The translations under genes and the position numbers were made by a program. Below the pieces are notes generated by a model. The model was not told the origin of the DNA. It saw only the letters and a program-made list of their open reading frames with translations, and did no database searches. This document shows positions 34,909 to 41,413 of a stretch of 41,413 nt of DNA, in pieces (the first letter of the stretch is position 1; every line of letters starts with the position of its first letter). Source of the stretch: a virus (taxonomy: Duplodnaviria; Caudoviricetes); the IMG/VR virus record IMGVR_UViG_3300017560_000021, positions 1 to 41,413 of that record; one strand, written 5' to 3'.

Positions 34909-35484
34909 CTACCTGTAAACGCGATACGGCGACAGAAGCGCCTCGACACCGAAAGGAAGCTGCTCGACACTGCCGCCGATGACGACGGGCCCCCGATTAC
35001 GAAACCACTGCGCTGCCATCATGAGAGCGGCGACCTTGATGGGCGGCGGCACATCCTTCGTCGACCAGGCCGCCGGGGCGCCTGTTTTTTCCCCGTAGCC
35101 AGCCCAGTAACGAATTCGATGATCTTCCATGGCAACCCAGCTGGCGCCCGGCGAAACAACCACGGACCCTGCGTCGAGCGTGTACGTATCAGGGTCAGCC
35201 GTCACCACATTTCCATCAGTATCACGCGCAGTGATGCTGACGACTTCCAGCGATGGCGGAAACGGCATCGGGATCCGTGCACATCCTAACCAGCCGGAAA
35301 ATTCCAGCTCCTGCACACCGATCGCGCGCCCCAGCCATCCCGCCGGGCCATCAAGCCAGGCGCACGCCGCTGCGACGAAGCTATCGATCAGCTGATCATC
35401 ATCATCATGCTCGACGATGATGTGCCGTTTCGCTTCCTCGCGACTGATGAACGGCGTGGGCGGCGTGATGACGACGACGGTCAT
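34909..35484 (-). CDS. head-tail connector (gp6-like)
   Basis: EEAKRH..DDDQLI..VPPPIKVAALMMAAQWFRNR..LLSPYR. Confidence 0.88.
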   Translation of the reverse strand: MTVVVITPPTPFISREEAKRHIIVEHDDDDQLIDSFVAAACAWLDGPAGWLGRAIGVQELEFSGWLGCARIPMPFPPSLEVVSITARDTDGNVVTADPDTYTLDAGSVVVSPGASWVAMEDHRIRYWAGYGEKTGAPAAWSTKDVPPPIKVAALMMAAQWFRNRGPVVIGGSVEQLPFGVEALLSPYRVYR

Positions 35485-35488
35485 AGGA

Positions 35489-35728
35489 TCACTTCGCCTT
35501 GCTGGCGGTTTCGACCTTGACGGACGGCTTGGCCGCTGCCGTGTTCGACGGCTGCGGAGCGGCCTTGTTCTGCGGGGCGTTTTCCATCTTTGCAGTCTCC
35601 ACTTCTGTTGCGAGGCCCCGTTTGATCAGAGCCTTTCCGGTTTCGTCACTCTCGACCTCGAATTCCTTGCCGCCGGAAACGCTGCCGGTCTCATCAGTGT
35701 AGAAGCTGTCAGTTGCCTTGAGTTTCAT
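35489..35728 (-). CDS. small protein following capsid gene
   Basis: 79 aa, AGGAG RBS, LIKRGLA..APQNK. Confidence 0.7.
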   Translation of the reverse strand: MKLKATDSFYTDETGSVSGGKEFEVESDETGKALIKRGLATEVETAKMENAPQNKAAPQPSNTAAAKPSVKVETASKAK

Positions 35729-35752
35729 GGCTGCTCTCCTTCGGTTGATGAA

Positions 35753-35774
35753 GCGGGCGGATTGGGCCGCCCGC
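35753..35774 (-). terminator. GC-rich hairpin after the major capsid gene
   Basis: GCGGGCGG-N6-CCGCCCGC; weak U-tract. Confidence 0.5.
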
Positions 35775-35793
35775 CATGATCAGCCGAACTCGA

Positions 35794-37146
35794 TCAGGCC
35801 GCCGTCGCCGCGGTGACGCTGTCGGAGAAGTCGCCCTTGACGAAGGATTCGGGGCGATAGACCGCAAGCGCCAGGCGCTCCTCTGCGCGGACGGTGACGA
35901 GGTTCTTGCGGAAGTTGTCGCTGTCTTCCGTCGAGATCTCGACGTTGGCTTCCTCGCGATCGAAAATCTGCGCCCCGAGATTGAACGCGCCGACAAGGTA
36001 CTTGTCGACCGTCATGGCCTGCGTCTCGACGACCGGAAGGCGCCACAGGCGGGGCTCCGCTCCACCCTGCGGGTTACCGATGATGTGACGCCCGGTGGTG
36101 TCCTTCACCAGCTCGATCGTCGCCCAGTCGGTCGGATGCAGGACGACGCCGGTCGGCGGATACTCCGCAAGGAAGGCCTGCAGCATCGCCAGGCGAATGA
36201 CGTCGATCTTCGTCACCGGCGCGGGGATCGTGACCGGGGCGCTGAATGCCGTAGCCTGGGTATAGATGCCGTTCAGGTTGGTGCCCGTACCTGCGCCCAT
36301 CAGCAGCTGGGCTTCCTCGACGAGCGCGAGACCGTAACGCAGACGGCCGTCGATGTAGCTCTGCAGCATCGGCACGTCGTCGAGGATCTGCTTAGTGGCA
36401 AGAACCCAGTGCGCGATCGTGGTGACGGGCGTCGTCATGATGTCGAACTTGATCTCGGACTGCGGCTTGGCAGCGCCGAGCGTTTCCGAAACCGTCGCCG
36501 CATTGTTCGTGAAACCCGTCTCCTTCACGTACTGGATCGCGTTCGAGCCGGTCTCTCCGGGCGTCAGCAGATCGCGGATCGTCATGCGTCGCTGCGGCTG
36601 GGCGATGATTCCGGGCTGTCGCTGCGGAACGATCAGGTCGCCGGCAGAGCCGTCGGCGTCGGTCGTCAGGGCAGAGATGATCGCCTTCACGGCGATGGAG
36701 ACGCGGCCCTTACCGCCGGACTTGATGAACGCCTTCAGGTCATCATGCTCGGTGACCATCTGGCCGATCGACTTGCGCTTCTCCTGGCTGCCGGGCTCGC
36801 GAACCATCTTCTGCTCGATCTCGGACATTCGCGCCGACAGCTCATTGTGCTTGACGAGTGCTTCGTCGGCCGACTTCTTCGTATCCTCAGTCACCTTGCC
36901 GAGATTCTTCAGTTCGGTGTTCGTGAGTTCCGCCTGCTTTTTCACCTCGTCGGCCGCCGCCTTGAGGTCCCGGGCAAGCGTTTCCATGTCGGCGCCGCCG
37001 AATGCGGCCGCAGATGCGACCATCAGGCCGGTGGAGTGCGCGGCCATCGGATCGACGCCGAGGTGCACGGAAAGTGCAGCCACAAGGGCGATGCCAAGGC
37101 ATGCGAAAGTGCCGAGCGTCACCGCCCGGGCGAATTTGCTAGTCAT
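35794..37146 (-). CDS. HK97-fold major capsid protein
   Basis: coiled-coil delta domain, IRDLL, YVKET, EEAQLLMG, LWRLPVV, NLVTVRAEERLALAVYRP; AAGGA RBS before 37146. Confidence 0.95.
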   Translation of the reverse strand: MTSKFARAVTLGTFACLGIALVAALSVHLGVDPMAAHSTGLMVASAAAFGGADMETLARDLKAAADEVKKQAELTNTELKNLGKVTEDTKKSADEALVKHNELSARMSEIEQKMVREPGSQEKRKSIGQMVTEHDDLKAFIKSGGKGRVSIAVKAIISALTTDADGSAGDLIVPQRQPGIIAQPQRRMTIRDLLTPGETGSNAIQYVKETGFTNNAATVSETLGAAKPQSEIKFDIMTTPVTTIAHWVLATKQILDDVPMLQSYIDGRLRYGLALVEEAQLLMGAGTGTNLNGIYTQATAFSAPVTIPAPVTKIDVIRLAMLQAFLAEYPPTGVVLHPTDWATIELVKDTTGRHIIGNPQGGAEPRLWRLPVVETQAMTVDKYLVGAFNLGAQIFDREEANVEISTEDSDNFRKNLVTVRAEERLALAVYRPESFVKGDFSDSVTAATAA

Positions 37147-37159
37147 GGGGATTATCCTT

Positions 37160-37855
37160 TCAGAGGGACTTGAGAACGTCCGCGGCAGCCCGCAGGGCTT
37201 TGAGTGCCGCGTCGGTGGGTTGGTTCGCCTCGCCCTCGGGCTCACCCCGAATGGCCTTCACATAGCCGACAGAGGCGATCTGCACGGCCATGGCTTTCGG
37301 AACACCTGCCTCGCGCAGGATGTCCTCGAATTCTTTGACGGGCATGGGATCGCCGTCGCGCAGACGGCGGGCGAATTCATCCATGCGCTCGGACTTTACG
37401 GCCTCGACCCGCGCCCTGCGATTTGCGGGAAACGACACGACGGATACCTCCATCAGGTCAAGCTTGAGCAGCTTACGAGCCCCGCCGTTCGTTGCCGGCT
37501 CGGTATCGATTTCCCGGTAGCCGATCGAAAGGCCGCGGATCGCGCCGGCCTTCATCAGGATGCGGGCCTCGTCGGCCTTCTGCACGCCGGTCAACAGGCG
37601 CCCCTTGCCCCAAAGCCCTTTTCCATCCTCGGCAAAATCCTCCCAAACGCCAATCGGCGTCCAGGGGTCGTGCTGCCACAGCATCAGCGGAGCCGTCCCC
37701 TCGCGCTTGTGCTTCGCGAGGCTCTCGGCGAAGGCGCCTGGCTCGACACTCTCGTTGTAACTGTCGCGGACGCCAAACACAGAACCGTAGCCCTCGAAGA
37801 CGCCGTCCTCTTTCGGCTCGGCCTTGATCTCCAGGGCAAAGTCCTTGGTCTTCAT
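37160..37855 (-). CDS. HK97-family prohead protease
   Basis: FEGYGSVF, MLWQHD, PIGVW, GLSIGY, LMEVSVVSFPAN. Confidence 0.95.
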   Translation of the reverse strand: MKTKDFALEIKAEPKEDGVFEGYGSVFGVRDSYNESVEPGAFAESLAKHKREGTAPLMLWQHDPWTPIGVWEDFAEDGKGLWGKGRLLTGVQKADEARILMKAGAIRGLSIGYREIDTEPATNGGARKLLKLDLMEVSVVSFPANRRARVEAVKSERMDEFARRLRDGDPMPVKEFEDILREAGVPKAMAVQIASVGYVKAIRGEPEGEANQPTDAALKALRAAADVLKSL

Positions 37856-37859
37856 CGGA

Positions 37860-39197
37860 TCACTCCTCATCGAGGGAGGGGCCGCCATTATGGCCCATCA
37901 TGGATTTCACGCGATCGTCGATCAGCGCATTGATGTCGCCACCGAAGAGCAGGCTCAGCATTGCCGACCGCATCTGCTGTTCCGGCGCAGCATTCTGGCC
38001 GAGCTGATCGAGTGGCAGCATGTTCGACTGGACCGTCAGAACGTCGCCGCCCGGCAGCGGCGGGCGATTGTCCAGCGCACGACCCTCGTTGCGGGTGATG
38101 TAGCCGTTTTGGCCAAGGGCGCTGAGCAATGCCGCGCGCCCCTGGCTGTCGGCGCGAAGCAGTCCTTCCAGATTAAACTCGGCAAAGATCGAGGCCCGCT
38201 GCGCGGCAGGGATGAGCTGTTTCTTGATCGCCTGCTCGATGCGGGTCAGGTAAGGCCGCAGAGAGAACGTCAGAAATCCGATCATCTGCTGCTCAAGGCC
38301 GGTGCCCCAGCTGGTTGACTTTTCCGTGTGGCCGATCATGAACGGCGGCACCCGGAACCAACGGCAGATCTCTTCCACATGGAAACGCCGCGTCTGCAGG
38401 AGCTGCGCATCTTCCGGGTTCATGCTGATCCCGGCAAAGTCAAAACCATGAGGCAGAGGCATCACCTTGCCGGCGTTGAGCGACCCCATGAAATCGTTAA
38501 ACAGGGCGAGCAGCTCCTTCCGCTGATCGGATGTCGACTTGGTGCCAGGCGCTTCCTTTATGAAGCCCGAGATCTGCAGCCCGTTGCGGAACGTCTCAGC
38601 TGCAACCTCGTCGGCCGCGAGCGCCGTTCCCATCGTCTGGCGCGCATAACTGATCGGCGATAGGCCGACATCGCCGCCCGCACCGAAGCCGCGAACATGG
38701 AAGATCTTCTCTTCCGGGATTTCGCGAAATCCCTGCGGGTCACTGTAGGCATAGATGCGACGTCCGGCGGAGTTTCGACGGACACGTATCCGATCGGGGC
38801 GCAACTGCTCGATGGCGACGAGGCGGTCGCCGATTGTCTTCTTCTCGGCATAGAAGTTACCCCATAGGCACAGGCATACGACAATGGCCTCTACGAACTC
38901 GGCAGCCGTCTGATCGGCATTCGGGCTGTCATGCAAAAGTCCGTAGAGCGGAAGCTCGCGTGCAACCTTCTTGGCATCACCATCGCGACGATAGACCAGG
39001 AGCGGCAAAGTCCCGATCGTCTCCGATAGAAGGCGGATGCACGACCAGGCAGTGGCAAGCTGCAACACCGTGTCGGGACTGACGCGCTTGCCGGCGGCGC
39101 TCCCAGATGTAGCAAGCGCCGCCTTCAGCGTCTCCGCGTCATCCCGGTTCGACAGCTTCACGTTTCGACGGCTGAAAAGGCCTGTCCAGATGCTCAT
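37860..39197 (-). CDS. HK97-family portal protein
   Basis: CIRLLSETIGTLP, PNADQT, GLSPI, EICRWFRVPP, LLRAD. Confidence 0.95.
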   Translation of the reverse strand: MSIWTGLFSRRNVKLSNRDDAETLKAALATSGSAAGKRVSPDTVLQLATAWSCIRLLSETIGTLPLLVYRRDGDAKKVARELPLYGLLHDSPNADQTAAEFVEAIVVCLCLWGNFYAEKKTIGDRLVAIEQLRPDRIRVRRNSAGRRIYAYSDPQGFREIPEEKIFHVRGFGAGGDVGLSPISYARQTMGTALAADEVAAETFRNGLQISGFIKEAPGTKSTSDQRKELLALFNDFMGSLNAGKVMPLPHGFDFAGISMNPEDAQLLQTRRFHVEEICRWFRVPPFMIGHTEKSTSWGTGLEQQMIGFLTFSLRPYLTRIEQAIKKQLIPAAQRASIFAEFNLEGLLRADSQGRAALLSALGQNGYITRNEGRALDNRPPLPGGDVLTVQSNMLPLDQLGQNAAPEQQMRSAMLSLLFGGDINALIDDRVKSMMGHNGGPSLDEE

Positions 39198-40915
39198 GCC
39201 CGCGCCGCCATTTCCTTGAGGTATTCACCAAGATCCGGCCCCTTGCCGGCAGCCTCCGGATTGAGGAACATCAGCATCGAGGCGTTGAACATCGCCATGA
39301 GAAGGTCAATCTTGGCTGCGCCGGATACTTCCTTCGTCACGATGTAGTTGCTTCCCTTCAGCGTCTGCTTCGCGTTGCCGACACTCCACGCCATGATGGG
39401 TTGATCTCCATGCAGAAAGCGTCGGTCCTCAAGTTTCAACGGAACGGACGAAATCGCCGTCTGGAGTTTCCAGCCCTGCGTTACTGCCTGTACGAGCGGC
39501 TGCTCCAGCTGCTCATCCTCTAACGCATCCAACAGTAGGGCCACACCAGCGGAATCGAGCCCGATACCACCGGCCTCCGGAAGCTTGCCGGTGTCCGCAA
39601 CCTTGCGGCAGATCGCGGCGGCCGATGCCGCCTGTTCCTCGCCATTGGCGGAGATGATGAGATCGCCATCCTCGTCCGAGAACTTCCGGAGCTGCTGAGC
39701 AATGCTCTTGCGTCGCTCGAAGACAATCTCGCGACCCCATGCTTTTCCCCAGCCGAGCCACCGTTTCGTGGTGGCTTCGCGGCCGATTACATACAGCGCC
39801 GCAAGGTCGTCCGCGCCGCCCCAGTCGATCCCGATGGTGCAAACCTCGGACCGGGCAAGGAGATTGTCGAGACCTTTCAAACTCTCGTCGATGCAATTGG
39901 ACCAGTGCAGCGATCCAGACCAGGAATCGCCACCGAGGCCGACGCCGATCTCGATGTTCAGGTGCTGACTGGTCCAGACCTGCTCGGTCTCCTTGCTGAC
40001 CCTGCCATTGTTCTCGTAGTCGTCGATGAGTGCCTGCGGATCGATCGAGCGTCCAAGGTTCGGCAGCAGACACGACCAGTTCTTCTGGTTGCGCCAATAC
40101 TCTTGATCGAGCTGTTTCTCGCGAGGGAATTCGTAGAGCACCGGCAGCATGATGGGTGCCGCACCGCCCTTTCCGTCGCGGATCGCACGGGCCTTTTTGA
40201 GCTCCACCTCCCATATCCCCGCAGGTCGCTCGTCCGACTGCGTCGTGATCATCAGCACCTGGCCGCGCTGCTTGGTAATGCCGCCGCCGCGAATCTGCTG
40301 CATGACGCGCGTCGCCTTGGCGTTCTTTCCCAGCTCGTGCAGTTCGTCGATGATCGTCAGAACGGGGATTTCGCCCGTCACGATCGAGGTATCGAACGTC
40401 TTCACATTCAGCTTGGTGCCCGTCTTCTCCCGAGTGATGCACTTCAGGTGATCCTGCACCTTGAAGATCTCGCTAAGCTTCGGGTCGATCCGGATCATGC
40501 CCTGCGCCTGCTCGAAGCAGCGCTCCGAGATGTTCTGGCTGGGCGCCACGATCAGCATTTGCCGGTTCGGGGCTTCCTCCATGAACAGTGCCGTGAGGCC
40601 GAGGGCTGCGACGTAGGTCGTCTTGGAGTTCTTCTTCGGCACCATGCACAGAAGCTCCCAGACGATCCGGCGCTGGGTCTCCGGGTCCTCACTCGCGAGG
40701 AATGCCGCCAGAATATCCCTGAACCAGTCGCCGCACGCCTCGGACAGTGGCGGGTTTCCGGTTATATCCGGAAGGCGCAGCCGGTTGAAGAACGCCAGTG
40801 CCTTGGCGGCCTTCTGCCTGTTCAGGGGAACTTCCGACATCGGCGTTTCGCCGGCCTGAAGCTTGTCCCACCAGTCCAGGCAAGCGAACCGGGGAAGGTC
40901 CTCAGTGTCGAGCAT
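39194..40915 (-). CDS. terL: terminase large subunit
   Basis: VPKKNSKTT (Walker A), IIDELH (Walker B), GIDWGGADDL, KIDLLMA. Confidence 0.95.
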   Translation of the reverse strand: MLDTEDLPRFACLDWWDKLQAGETPMSEVPLNRQKAAKALAFFNRLRLPDITGNPPLSEACGDWFRDILAAFLASEDPETQRRIVWELLCMVPKKNSKTTYVAALGLTALFMEEAPNRQMLIVAPSQNISERCFEQAQGMIRIDPKLSEIFKVQDHLKCITREKTGTKLNVKTFDTSIVTGEIPVLTIIDELHELGKNAKATRVMQQIRGGGITKQRGQVLMITTQSDERPAGIWEVELKKARAIRDGKGGAAPIMLPVLYEFPREKQLDQEYWRNQKNWSCLLPNLGRSIDPQALIDDYENNGRVSKETEQVWTSQHLNIEIGVGLGGDSWSGSLHWSNCIDESLKGLDNLLARSEVCTIGIDWGGADDLAALYVIGREATTKRWLGWGKAWGREIVFERRKSIAQQLRKFSDEDGDLIISANGEEQAASAAAICRKVADTGKLPEAGGIGLDSAGVALLLDALEDEQLEQPLVQAVTQGWKLQTAISSVPLKLEDRRFLHGDQPIMAWSVGNAKQTLKGSNYIVTKEVSGAAKIDLLMAMFNASMLMFLNPEAAGKGPDLGEYLKEMAARA

Positions 40916-41390
40916 TATGCGACGCTTCCTGATCGAGCTCCGCCATCAGATCGGCGTCGGCATCAAGCGCACGCTGCGCATTGAGGATCTTCTTTCCAAC
41001 CCGCTCTTGCTGCGACGGCTTGTCGTCCGACTTGCCTTCGGCAGCAAGTTCACGTTCGATCTGCATCCGGTCATTGCGCTCGACCAGCTTCCCGAATTCC
41101 TTGAAGGCGCCGACGTTCCCGGCCTCGGCCAGGTCCCAAGCCAGCTCCAGGCGGCGGGCATCCATCTTGTCGCGAGCCCCGTCGCGTTGGCGGAGCTCAT
41201 AAAAATAATACTTGTGCAGCGTCGGCAAAGTGATGTCGAGAACGGCCGCAATCCTCGGATTGCCCCACCCGAGAGCGACTAACATACTGACGCGGCTACG
41301 TGTTTTTTTCGTCACCTCATGCGGCGGCCTACCGCGCTTTGTCGGCTTGGCAATGTAGGGGTTGCCAAACAGGTCAAAATCTTCGGTCAC
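40902..41390 (-). CDS. terS: terminase small subunit
   Basis: RGRPPH, HTH IAAVLDITLPTLHKYY; overlaps the terL start. Confidence 0.8.
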   Translation of the reverse strand: MTEDFDLFGNPYIAKPTKRGRPPHEVTKKTRSRVSMLVALGWGNPRIAAVLDITLPTLHKYYFYELRQRDGARDKMDARRLELAWDLAEAGNVGAFKEFGKLVERNDRMQIERELAAEGKSDDKPSQQERVGKKILNAQRALDADADLMAELDQEASHNARH

Positions 41391-41413
41391 GATTAAAAAA
41401 TCCCTGAATGAGA

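Larger units (their letters stand above)
1..41413. mobile_element. essentially complete temperate HK97-like siphophage genome (alphaproteobacterial host)
   Basis: all modules present, intact attP, no host housekeeping genes, no tail sheath; GapR, CtrA and alpha-type LexA boxes point to an alphaproteobacterial host. Confidence 0.92.

Noticed and set aside
36395-37933. Long plus-strand ORFs (512 aa here; similar ones at 35776, 39905, 9580 and 8067)
   Set aside because: Antisense shadows of well-supported genes in a high-GC genome, with no motifs

Overview
The window looks like an essentially complete ~41.4 kb temperate HK97-type siphophage genome from a Rhizobiaceae-like alphaproteobacterium, linearised at or next to cos: terS lies at the right end and the packaging HNH gene at the left end. 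The minus strand carries the late operon (terminase, portal, protease, capsid, neck, tail, SGNH-esterase tail spike, lysis). It also carries the cro-side early operon (CII-like, NrdR-like Zn ribbon, SF2 helicase, two methyltransferase-like genes, primase, D5/P4 helicase, an iteron-rich ori and a putative late regulator). The plus strand carries cI and a second early operon (HD hydrolase, SSB, GapR, beta-clamp, two HNH genes, xis, int). The most unusual region is 17.97-19.8 kb, around a tRNA-Leu-type attP. On one side is a MazF/PemK-like toxin with a tiny acidic antitoxin behind a perfect CtrA box. On the other side is a three-gene operon behind a perfect alphaproteobacterial LexA box. The CI repressor also lacks the canonical Ala-Gly cleavage bond and catalytic Ser. 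Together these suggest a phage that reads both host cell-cycle state and SOS state; this is an inference and untested. All calls come from motif recognition and synteny by eye, and no database searches were run.
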